Shown here piece after piece: positions 52,364-64,000 of a stretch of 64,000 nucleotides of DNA; position 1 is the first letter of the stretch; every line of letters begins with the position of its first letter. The DNA is from Octopus sinensis (lineage: Eukaryota). The notes beneath the pieces were generated by a model. It was given only the letters and a program-made list of their open reading frames with translations. It was not told where the DNA came from and searched no databases. The position numbers were made by a program, and so were the translations under genes. The stretch spans positions 10,664,001 through 10,728,000 of the forward strand of contig NC_043006.1 in NCBI RefSeq assembly GCF_006345805.1, given 5' to 3'.

Positions 52364-53309
52364 CTGAAACGAACGCAGCTACACGGAAGACACATATTAA
52401 ACATTTATCTATATACATAAGAGAAAAATGATATCTAAAACTTCGAAGCCTATATATACTGGCGAACATCGCCATCTCAACTTAGTTCAATAGAAGTGTT
52501 TCGGTGGTCATGTCATAGACAGTAGGATGAAAATTATGTCAAAGAATAAAACCTTGAGTAAAGTTAACAGTTTTAGTGCTTTTCTAATGGCTGTGTGTCT
52601 TCCGCGTTGTAATAACTTTAAGAAGAACTCAATGAAAGTTAGCTACAACTGTAATAAAATTCTCAATAATTTGATTTCTGGTATTGAATGTAGGAACTAA
52701 TAAACGTCTGTCGTATAATTAACTCCAATGTAATACTGCCTTCGTTAAATTATGTTTACTGGATGGTAGATTCCTTCACAGGGATAAGTTGTGTTGTTCG
52801 AAGTTAATTAGGCAGACTCTGGTAAAATTATTTTGTATTTGACAGAGCATAGCCTGATAAGTAGATACATGGAGCATACATATCATTTGAAGCAACCGGA
52901 AAAAGAATTACTACATCCTTCTCTCAGTATGTCGGGAGACTGAAAGATTAATGATCCTCAAAATTACAGTAATGTGGTAAGTGATCCAATTTCCAAAACC
53001 GTATCTCGAAGGTGCTAGAATATACTGCTTACGTAGCCTTGACTATTATTTCTTTATGTTGATGTCCATATTTAACTTTTTAAATTCTAGGTGTAAAATA
53101 ATTTTATCACTAAAATGAAACCATACTCCGCTATTTTACCAATGGGCTGGATATAATACCCAGTATATAATTTCAAATAGATTCTGTCGTATGTAGAATC
53201 TATTTGAACTTCTTTGAAAGTGATTTTAATATATAGTGTCATTTAAATATTTAATGTCCTCCGCTATTTTCATGTTTGTGCCTAAGTTTGTCTACAGACC
53301 AAGAGTTAC

Positions 53310-53332
53310 TTCAAAGATATTCCATAAGAAAT
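53310..53332 (-). CDS. Microexon (23 bp, phase 1 to 0): xFLWNIFE
   Basis: aatgtctttag acceptor and GAA/gtaact donor; phase links 58608 and 52363. Confidence 0.45.
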
Positions 53333-54139
53333 CTAAAGACATTTGGTAAACAAATTCTGACACCCGTTTGAAAAAATATCTTTAATCTGCGCAATATATT
53401 AAATATTGTATCGCATTTTATTTTTATTTAAGTATCCCTCAATAGTTTCCTCTCTACTTTCCATAAATCTGTCTTTATATCTCCCCTCTGTTACCTCTTC
53501 ATCTTTACTTTATCGTTATTATGTCTTTCCTTTCCGTTTTTTCAGACTTTCATGTATAAATGCCTGTCTCTGTTTTTCTATGCCTCACAGGCTTTCATGA
53601 TTTGACTTCTAGATTTCGTATATATATTTTTTATAGTTACACAAAACTTTTTACTTCTATATAATTACACGACTACTTTTACGTCTCCCTTTCTCAGTCT
53701 GGTTTTTAAATTTATATAGAATATTATGTATTTTTGCCTTCTCATTTTCTCTATATATTAGAAACACACACACAATATAATATATATATATATATATATA
53801 TATAGGGAGAGTTCACGTAAAAGAACAAAAGACGAAGACAGGTGGTGTACAAGACGAACAGATGTATTAGTATAACGCTCAGGAATAGAAAAAGTCTTTT
53901 ACGTTTAGAGAAAGGGACACAGAAAAAGCAAGGAGAGAAACAAGCAGAGTAAAAATGTGTGTAGTGGCTAACGATCTATCATGGCGACTGACTTCGGACA
54001 TACATAGATATATACACACACAAAACGCACACACATAGACACATTTACACATATATGCCGTTTTAAGGGTTCGTGTGTTGGCTAGTGCACACCTCAGTCT
54101 TCCTCAAACGAAGGGTTTGGTAGAAGTAGCAAAACAGTT

Positions 54140-54640
54140 GGCTAATACTTCATTTTCTTCTTCTTCTTTCTAGTCCACCTCGTCTACTCTTATTTTTCTA
54201 AAGCTCTTCACTTTCTTTCTCTTTTATTTTTGGAGATTTTCTATAGGAGAGTATCTTCCGTCCATTCATCCTACTTTTCTTTTTTCCTTTACATCTGGTC
54301 CCTTCTCTTCTCTTTATATCGCACTTGTTTTATATTATTTATTTATTTATTTTGTCAGAATGTGTTTTTAAATATATATATATATAATTAAATAACTTTG
54401 CGAACCTTTATATTCTTTTGTTATTAAAGTATCTAGCAGGCAGAATCTTTATACGTCGGATAAAAATGCTAACTGGCATCTCTACGTCCTGAATTCAAAT
54501 TCTGATGACGTCGACTTTGATTTTCGCCCTTTCTGGGTCGAAACATTAAGTAGTAGTTGAGCATCTAATGGCTTAGTACCAAACATTTGAAACTAATATT
54601 TTTTTAATTGTTAAAGAATTAACAATACCACTGTTGGACG
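54140..54640 (+). repeat. Local duplication, copy 1 (copy 2 at ~56355-56816 plus 57708-57735)
   Basis: Shared collinear blocks aagctcttcactttctttctc, aagtatctagcaggcagaatcttt and ctgggtcgaaacattaagtagtagttgagcatctaatggc. Confidence 0.85.
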
Positions 54641-54654
54641 TCGGGTAGAGACAG

Positions 54655-55605
54655 TGTTATCAACGCACGGTCATCTGCAAATAGAAATTCTTTCACTTTG
54701 GGTCCGTCTCTGAGGCGTTGTAGATTGAAATGGTTGCAAGGTGTCCTGAGACATGCACGCCTTCATCAATATCCGTGAATGCAACTTGCAATATGGCAGT
54801 GAATTTTATTGCACACAATACAGGTGCCATTACGTAGTCCTACTTGGTTCCATTTTTTTTTTAGAGCGAAAGTATCAGAAACTGAAGTACTTGCCATCAC
54901 AGAGTCCATCAGTCCATTCAGGAACGGTCTTACAACTGTGACCATCGTTTTGGGCAACCAAACTGGATGAAGAGAGCAATTAGCAGATTTCTAAGGCTAA
55001 TTCAGACTCCATCACAATCTGTTTGAGATTACAAGGACCAAAGTATACTAGACAGTAATGCTTACTACCCCCTCGCGTATGGCTGTGAAACATGGACATT
55101 CTACGGGCACCATAGTAAATGTCTAAACACATCCCATCTCCGCTATATGCTTTCAATTTGCCACATAAAGTGGCTTGACTAACAGAGGTTCTTCCAAAAT
55201 GTTACATCCTAGGCATAGAAAGTTTATAGAAGTGCACCAGAGTTGGTTTCACCCTTTACTGTGTATGAGACACTCGCTTATCTAATCTCCTCTGCTTTAG
55301 ATATCTCAGCTCTGCAGCCAGACATCAATCCCGCCCACTGGTACGTTAAAAACAGACTCTAAGGACATACTTGAAAACCCACAAAATAAACCTTAAGACA
55401 TGGATGTGAATCAGAGTCAGTGAATAGAGTGGGGAGCTTCTAGCTACCAAGTGATCATGAATTTGCGGGCAGAATCAAGTCACTAAAAGAGAAAAAATGC
55501 CCAGTGTCGAGCCGAGCCCACTCTACCGTCAAATGATGGAGAACTCTACTACATCGTCTCCAAATTCCGAACAGGCTTCAATAACCACGTGAGATGACAT
55601 GATTA
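54655..55605. mobile_element. RTE-BovB-like LINE remnant with inverted 5' segment
   Basis: Minus strand 54958-54660: CPKTMVTVVRPF...FNLQRL...EFLFADD; plus strand 54960-55600: LDEE..ISKA...YGCETWTFY...ICHIKW. Confidence 0.8.
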
Positions 55606-55861
55606 AATATGGGGTTAGTGATGTAAAATAAGCGAATCCACTGTGAAGCCGTGTCCTGTCTAAATGCTCATTCGTCGAAGTGACGTGAAATTCAAAAACA
55701 TCACACACACATATTCATATATAAATACATATATGCATAGACAGACATACAGAGGGATAGATAGATAGATAGATAGATAGACAGACAGATAGATAGATAG
55801 ATAGATAGATAGATAAATAGACAGATAGATAGATAGATAGACATATAGATAGATAGATAGA

Positions 55862-56095
55862 TACTCATTACTCTCTTTACTCTTTTACTTGTTTCAGTCA
55901 TTTGACTGCGGCCATGCTGGAGCACCGCCTTTTAGTCGAGCAAATCGACCCCAGGACATATTTTCGTAAGCCCAGTAATTATTCTATCGGTCTCTTTCAA
56001 CGAACCGCTAAGTTACGGGGACGTAAACACACCAGCATTGGTTGTCAAGCGATGTTGGGGGAACAAACACAGACACACAAACATATACACACACA

Positions 56096-56139
<44 letters not shown>

Positions 56140-56282
56140 TACGACAGGCTTCTTTCAGTTTCCGTTTACCAAATCTACTCACAAGGCTTTGGTCAGGCCG
56201 AGGTTATAGTAGAAGACACTTGCCCAAGGTGCCACGCAGTGGGACTGAACCCAGAACCATGTGGTTAGTAAGCAAGCTACAG
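55862..56282 (-). mobile_element. SINE S1, full length
   Basis: Complete consensus between (GATA)n tracts. Confidence 0.9.
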
Positions 56283-56816
56283 ATAGATAGATAGAGATAG
56301 AGAGAGAGAGAGACTATAAGAACTAAGAGTACGTGAGTAACGTTAATAAATATACAAACACATACTATCCACTACATTTTTCTACTTCGTTTTCTTCTCC
56401 TTCCTTCTCGTCCACCTCGTCTTTTGTGAAGCTCTTCACTTTCTTTCTCTTCCGTCCATTCATCCTACTTTTCTTTTTTCTTTACTTCTTGTCCCTTCTC
56501 TTCTTCACTTTATATCTCCCGTATTTTATTTTATTTATTTATTTATTTTGTCGGATTTTTTTATATATATATAATCAAATAACATTGTGAACCATTATGT
56601 TCTTTTGTTATTAAAGTATCTAGCAGGCAGAATCTTTAATGCGTCGGAGAAAAATGCTAACTGGCATCTCTACGTCCTGAATTCAAATTCAGACGACGTC
56701 GACTTTGATTTTTGCCCTTTCTGGGTCGAAACATTAAGTAGTAGTTGAGCATCTAATGGCTTTGTACCAACCATTTGAAATTAATATCCTTTTAGTTGTT
56801 GAAGAATTAATAATAC

Positions 56817-57707
56817 CTATTTCTTTATTACCCACAAGGGGCTAAACACAGAAGGGACAAACAAGGACAGACAAACGGATTAAGTCGATCATATCGACCC
56901 CAGTGCGTAACTGGCACTTATTTAATCGACCCCGAAAGGATGAAAGGCAAAGTCGACCTCGGCGGAATTTGAACTCACAACGTAACGCAGACGAAATACC
57001 GCTAAACATTTCGCCCGGCTCGCTAACGTTTCTGCCAGCTCGCCGCCTTAATGAAGAATTAATAATACTTATTTCTTTACTACCCACAAGGGGCTAAACA
57101 CAGAAGGGACAAAGAAGGACAGACAAACGGATTAAGTCGATTATATCGACCCCAGTGCGTAACTGGTAGTTATTTAATCGACCCCGAAAGGATGAAAGAC
57201 AAAGTCGACCTCGGCGGAATTTGAACTCAGAACGCCGGGATAGACGAAATACTCCTGAGCATTTCGCCCGGTGAGCTAACGGTTCTGCCAGCTCGCCACC
57301 TTCATCTATTGTAATACTGGATGATGGAAGCACTCCGTCGGTTACGACGACGAGGGTTCCGGTTGATCCGATCAACGGAACAGCCTGCTCGTGAAATTAA
57401 CGTGTAAGTGGCTGAGCACTCCATAGACACGTGTACCCTTAACGTAGTTCTCGGGGATATTCAGCGTGACACAGAGAGTGACAAGGCCGGCCCTTTGAAA
57501 TACAGGTACAACAGAAACAGGAAGTAAGAGTGAGAGAAAGTTGTGGTGAAAGAGTACAGCAGGGATCACCACCATCCCCTGCCGGAGCCTCGTGGAGCTT
57601 TTAGGTGTTTTCGCTCAATAAACACTCACAACGCCCGGTCTGGGAATCGAAACCGCCATCCTACGATCGCGAGTCCGCTGCCCTAACCACTGGGCCATAG
57701 CGGCTCC
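56817..57707 (-). mobile_element. Stack of S2, S2 and S3 SINEs at one target site
   Basis: gaagaattaataatac occurs at 56801, 57053 and 57708. Confidence 0.88.
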
Positions 57708-57954
57708 GAAGAATTAATAATACCACTATTGGACTGGTATGATATTTACCAGTAGAATGAAAGCCAAGGCAAATCTAAGCTCTAATTGAACCTAGAATCC
57801 GTCTAACAATACGGACAATTCGCTTGTTGGTTAATTGAATGAGGTTAGTGATGTAAAATAAGCGAATCGATTTTAAGCTGGAATCGAAACACCTTCCTTT
57901 GATTGAAATAGACGGGAATTTAATGCTTCAATTCCACAATCCCTATCATTCGTT

Positions 57955-58328
57955 GGTGGAGGCGCAATGGCCCAGTGGTTAGGGCAGCGGACTCGCGGTC
58001 ATAGGATTGCGGTTTCGATTCCCAGACCGGGCGTTGTGAGTGTTTATTGAGCGAAAACACCTAAAGCTCCACGAGGCTCCGGCAGGGGATGGTGGTGATC
58101 CCTGCTGTACTCTTTCACCACAACTTTCTCTCACTCTTACTTCCTGTTTCTGCTGTACCTGTATTTCAAGGGGCCGGCTTTGTCACGCTGAATATCCCCG
58201 AGAACTACGTTAAGGGTACAGGTGTCTGTGGAGTGCTCAGCCACTTGCACGTTAATTTCACGAGCAGGCTGTTCCGTTGATTCGGATCAACCGGAACCCT
58301 CATCATCGTAACCGACGGAGTGCTCCCA
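57955..58328 (+). mobile_element. SINE S3, full length
   Basis: Complete consensus; inverted relative to the 57325-57707 copy. Confidence 0.92.
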
Positions 58329-58607
58329 TCATTCGTTGAATCAAAACTGTAAATGCCACAGATATGAAAATCTAGTAAATTTGGTTGTTGTGCATTCACC
58401 CCTTTACCAATATAACTTCGGTTCTTCTGAAAGTTTCTAACTTTTCACATAAGCGAGATTTTACATGACAGAAAATTTAATACTAACGATCTACCCCTCC
58501 TGACTCTTTATATCCAAGTTTCTCATCTAAATCGTCTCATATTAAACAAAGACAATCTAATCGAGTCATACGGTGTCAAATTCTGTTGGAAACGCTGTGT
58601 GACTTAC

Positions 58608-58654
58608 GCAATCCCTTTCCTTCGAATTGGCAATTATTTACAGAAAAATGACGT
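58608..58654 (-). CDS. Exon (47 bp, phase 2 to 1): RHFSVNNCQFEGKGL
   Basis: Branch point actaac plus tttattttacctgacag acceptor; C/gtaagt donor; only one open frame. Confidence 0.55.
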
Positions 58655-58975
58655 CTGTCAGGTAAAATAAATTGTTAGTTAATAACGATACATCCGACTC
58701 TCATTTGATATAAAGAGGCCCATCATTCATTTTCCATGTTATAATATGTAATAGGCGAATAGAGAGACAGATAGATAAATAGATAGATAGATAGGTAGAT
58801 AGATAGATTGATAGATAGATAGATACATACATACACACATACATACATACATACATACATACATAGGTAATGTGAGTGAGTTTTGATAAAGGAGTGAGTA
58901 GATAAATAGATAGATAGATAGATAAATAGATATATAGATAGATAGATAAATAGATAGATAGATAGATAAATAGAT

Positions 58976-59294
58976 AAGTTTCTTTATTGGCCACACAGGG
59001 CTGCACACAGATGGGACAAGTTACAAGGTGGAGCTTTTCTTTTGGGGGATGAAGAGAACAAAAAACAAAAGAAAAAAAAGGGGTGGCGTAGGTTTTCGAT
59101 CAAGAGGGATCGTAAAAGGGAAGAAAAGAACAAAAACAAAAAAAATTGAATAAAATAAAAAGAATAAAAAGAGAAAAAAAATGAAAAGGAAAAGGAACAA
59201 AAGGAAAGAGAAATGAAAAAAGAAGAAAAAGGGGGAAAAAAAGGGGAAGAGGAAAAAAAGAACGATCAATAGGGATCGTGTATCACAGTGTTAA
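58976..59294 (-). mobile_element. 3' UTR-only copy of the Tx1-like LINE in (GATA)n
   Basis: Ends aataaagaaac followed by (TATC)n; (GATA)n on both sides. Confidence 0.75.
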
Positions 59295-59303
59295 GATAGA
59301 TAA

Positions 59304-59381
<78 letters not shown>

Positions 59382-59744
59382 CGTTGACTCCCCTCTCATC
59401 CAATCGTTCTCTCCTCATTTGTGCTTTCTGATTTATATCGGTGTCTTATCTCTCTGGTGGCTAGCGAAACCGGATTTCGAGCGGAGCAATTGTCCACGGG
59501 GCTCACATCTGATGGTCAGTGGAGGCCTTAGTTGCAGATGGTAGGTCTTTCGTCGTCGTAGACGTTTATTATTTTCGTACATATGTGTGTGTGCTCATGT
59601 GTCTCTGTCAGTGTGTGTGCGCGCCCGTGTATGTGTACCTGGGACTGCCACCTGTAATTTTGAAACAAAGGTGTACCATATTAACTTGGAAATATAATAC
59701 ACAAAACAAGTCGAAGAAGCACGTGCACACACACAAACACATGG

Positions 59745-60130
59745 ATGGAAGCACTCCGTCGGTTACGACGACGAGGGTTCCGGTTGATCCGAATCAACGG
59801 AACAGCCTGCTCGTGAAATTAACGTGTAAGTGGCTGAGCACTCCACAGACACGTGCACCCTTAACGTAGTTCTCGGGGATATTCAGCGTCACACACAGAG
59901 TGACAAGGCCGGCCCCTTGAAATACAAGTACAACAGAAACAGGAAGTAAGAGTGAGAGAAAGTTGTGATGAAAGAGAACAGCAGGGATCACCACCATCCC
60001 CTGGCGTAGCCTCGGGGAGCTTTAGGTGTTTTCGCTCAATAAACACTCACAACGCCCGGTCTGGGAATCGAAACCGCGATCCTATGACCGCGAGTCCGCT
60101 GCCCTAACCACTGGGCCATTGCGCCTCCAC
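59745..60130 (-). mobile_element. SINE S3, full length
   Basis: Complete consensus. Confidence 0.92.
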
Positions 60131-60304
60131 ACACAAACACATACACGCACACACACCCAGTATCAATGTTATTCGTATAAAGTAAAGGTGCGTGTATTTA
60201 TATGTGGTTTAACTACAGGATTCGCTTTAACTTATATAATTAGTGTGGAATTCAACATGTTTTAAGAGACAACATACTATTAAAAGAATGTCTGTAGCAA
60301 GTAT

Positions 60305-60700
60305 ACTCTTTTACTCTTTTACTTGTTTCAGTCATTTGACTGCGGCCATGCTGGAGCACCACCTTTAGTCGAGCAAATCGACACCGGGACTTATTCTTTG
60401 CAAGCCCAGTACTTATTCTATCGTTCTCTTTTGCTGAACCGCTACGTGACGGGGACGTAAACACACCGGCATCGGTTGTCAAGCAATGCTAGGGGGACAA
60501 ACATATACACACACACTTATATATATATACATATATACGACAGGCTTCTTTCAGTTTCCGTCTACCAAATAAACTCACAAGGCATTGGTCGGCCCGCGGC
60601 TATAGCAGAAGACACTTGCCCAAGATGCCACGCAGTGGGACTGAACCCGGAACCATGCGGTTGGTTAGCAAGCTACTTACCACACAGCCAATCCTGCGTC
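60305..60700 (-). mobile_element. SINE S1, full length
   Basis: Complete consensus. Confidence 0.9.
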
Positions 60701-61141
60701 TATATATATAGTAAAATGTCCAGTTTATTGCAGCTTATTGTAATTTCTTAAGGGGTTCCAGCTTCCATTGACAGTAAGATGTAAAAACTGTTGAATTGAG
60801 AGAATTCACTGCTGATCCGATAGCGGTGCGAACACACAGACACAGAACAAGATTTTCCCGCCACATACTTGGATATTCGTTCACTTCACTGTTCTCTCTC
60901 TCCCTTCTCGCTCTCTTTTCTTCTCTCTCTCTCGGTCTTTCTCCGTTTCTCACTTAGTCGCTCGTTTTTCCATGTTTTTGCAATCATCTTTAGATAAATA
61001 ATGATCAAACATCCCGTACATAGATACGTAACCGAACACACGCACACATACCGGCATACGTAGACAAACTGATAGGCAATAATGCAGGCAGGCAGATAAA
61101 TAGACACATAGGTAGACAGACAGATAGATAGATAGATAGAT

Positions 61142-61768
<627 letters not shown>

Positions 61769-61831
61769 GATAGATAGATAGATAGATAGATAGACAGATA
61801 TACAGACAGACAGACAAACAAATAGATAGAT

Positions 61832-62360
61832 ATGTTTCTTTATTAGCCATACAGGGTTGAACACAGACGGGACAAATTACAAAGTAGAGCTTTTCTTTTT
61901 GGGAAGAAAAAATTGTGGGGTAGGTTTTCGATCAAAAGGGATCGTAAAAAGTAAAGAAAAAGAAACGATCAATAGGGATCGTGTATCACAGAAATGTCAT
62001 GATGTAAAGTGTAAAGGAGGAAGCAGATAAGGTTTATCCCTGGAAAGAAAAGACTACGGTGACCTCGGTCAATAATGTCACATGTTAACACATTTAATTG
62101 CAAGTAACTCTCTGTTTTAAATTTTTCCGGGTTCATAGGATTATGCTCAAGGTGGCTTCGTCATTCATACGTGCCATCCTTGCTACATTCACCCATCTTT
62201 TTTTGAAACATTCGCTAGACAAAACTTGCCTCTCTACTCTAACTTTCCTTTTCAAGTGATTCTTGAAGAAGTTGATGGGAGATTGACCAGAGAAGAAAGT
62301 GTTTGTCTTTAATCCTTTCAGACACGTCCACCAGATACATTCTTTCGCCATAGCCACTTC
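61832..62360 (-). mobile_element. L1/Tx1-clade LINE 3' end (ORF2 C-terminus plus 3' UTR)
   Basis: VAMAKECIWWT..KGLKTNTFFSG...FKNHLKRKVRVER...FKKRW aligns by eye with 33950-34150; the UTR matches the three short copies. Confidence 0.78.
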
Positions 62361-62650
62361 GCTTAATATATATACACGCACTCTAACACACGCACACACA
62401 CATATGTATATTTCTGTATATTTCTGCTCACTTAAAACGAAATCAATTGCCGAGTGAAGCGAATGAGACACAAGTCGTTATAACAAGTCTCTGCCCTGAT
62501 TTGAACCAAAGTCTCGGATTTTCCCATTCTAGAACAATGAACTAATCCGTAAAAGGAAAATTGTTGCCATAAAAGACATTAACACCTACGTGAACGTGGC
62601 TTAACTAAGTAGTAATGGCTAGATTATTTTGGCTGAAGAGGCAATCTTCA

Positions 62651-62964
62651 AAGGAAATGTACTAGCTTTCCTACCAAATCGTGTGGCCGAAGGTTCTAGA
62701 GCTTTTGTGTGCCGATAGTAATAAAAAGGAGTGTAAATTCATCTTGAAGAATAATTATCCCAGTTTTTTATACGAATTATGCCGCTTTGCTTTATAAAAC
62801 AGTCTCTAAGGAAATGTACTAGCCTTCCTACCAAATCGTCTGGCCGAAGGTTCTAGAGCTTTTGTGTGCCGATAGTAATAAAAAGGAGTGTAAATTCATC
62901 TTGAAGAATAATTATCCCAGTTTTTTTATACGGATTATGCCGCTTTGCTTTATATAACAGTCTC
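62651..62964. repeat. Tandem duplication of a 157-bp unique sequence
   Basis: aaggaaatgtactagc...aacagtctct starts at 62651 and 62808, with only a few substitutions. Confidence 0.95.
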
Positions 62965-63876
62965 TCACCTTTCCCGCATATTCAACCTCAAGTCAAAGAT
63001 AGCTACTCGTCGTCCAGGTAAGATTATATTACTTGTCTCGATGCGTCGTCATCCTTTCCAGTTTTTCACTGTTATGATGCAGCTTGTATATACGGGACAC
63101 GACAAAAGGCACCTACGTTTACTGGCACTTTCTCAATAACATGTTGATTGATTTATTTCGCTTGAACTACTTCCATAATATTACCCAGCCAGCTATTAAG
63201 GAGAAAATCATGAACGTTGTATTACATAAACGATGTTATATCAATATAATGGGCGGACATTTATAAATATATCGATGCAGGTTAGTAAAGTACTTGAAAA
63301 TTTAGTTAACCGTTAGCATCATCATCTTCACTTGAAGAAGGAAAATACACTAAAATATTATAGATACTTTCTCATGGATAATGCGAATGTCATTTGTAAC
63401 AGGTGTGTAATCACTTTATTCAATCAGTTACGCATCTTTCTAGAATGCTGTATATTTCAACCAATAGAAGACAAGCGATATTCATGAACTGAACGACAAA
63501 AAACAGTTACACTAAAGTAAACAGGTTGTATTTTATAATTCCGGGAAAATTGAAAATTAAACAAATTTGAATGGATTCGATTAGAAATAGTTCTCTCCAA
63601 CTTATGCGATACTTTGTACTTCACTGATGTTAGGAATCGATATGACAATATTGACTTGGGACCAACAGCAAATTAGGAGACTTGTTATTAAGTATCGTAT
63701 CTTTAAATTCTAACCTAAAATCCGGCAACAAAATTGTCCATTTTTCTTTGATATTAATGAAATGAATATCAGCAGGAGACAAAGATGTATCTTATCGATT
63801 ATTCTTCTCCTTTTCAATAACGTGTAATAGCTCAGGAAGAAAATAATGACAATCCATATACATTGATATCCATTAC

Positions 63877-63942
63877 CTCAGGGATTTCGCGAAGTTCACT
63901 GACCGCAAGAAATGTAGAATCTCACAAGTCCACCTTTTATAA
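63877..63942 (-). CDS. Exon (66 bp, phase 2 to 2): YKRWTCEILHFLRSVNFAKSL
   Basis: Very strong tttccctttttcctgactcacag acceptor and GAG/gtaatg donor; single open frame; phase joins 58654. Confidence 0.6.
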
Positions 63943-64000
63943 CTGTGAGTCAGGAAAAAGGGGAAACAATTGTGGCGTTGTTTCAGCTGAATAAAAGTAT

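Noticed and set aside
59380-59740. CpG-rich stretch with a tggtgg motif, possibly LTR/PBS
   Set aside because: No paired LTR, TG..CA ends or gag/pol remnant found.
62967-63020. Exon-like segment with donors on both strands
   Set aside because: The minus-strand phase (1 to 2) is incompatible with the 63877 exon and the acceptor is weak; the plus-strand alternative has no partner.

Overview
AT-rich, extremely repeat-dense animal DNA, most likely Octopus or another coleoid cephalopod. This is inferred from the tRNA-derived SINE families and the saturation with (TA)n, (CA)n, (TATG)n and (GATA)n tracts. Almost all ORFs in the supplied track are microsatellite or SINE artefacts. Supported content: (i) about 40 copies or fragments of five tRNA-derived SINE families, labelled S1-S5 here; (ii) LINE remnants from several clades: two CR1-group RTs, L1/Tx1, RTE-BovB with a 5' inversion, two R4-like and one HERO-like; (iii) DNA transposons: a GGATC-ended family with 8-bp TSDs (a 374-bp MITE and a 5.16-kb foldback-like composite) and a non-autonomous Helitron; (iv) many Penelope-like-element (PLE) derived fragments carrying hammerhead-ribozyme motifs, including one complete type I hammerhead (49375-49452) inside a cassette bounded by perfect 34-bp inverted repeats; (v) a probable minus-strand protein-coding gene made of very small exons. 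Its best phase-consistent chain (63942 to 52087) reads into a Death-domain-like helix. All calls were made by eye, without database searches. Repeat boundaries are approximate unless TSDs are quoted.
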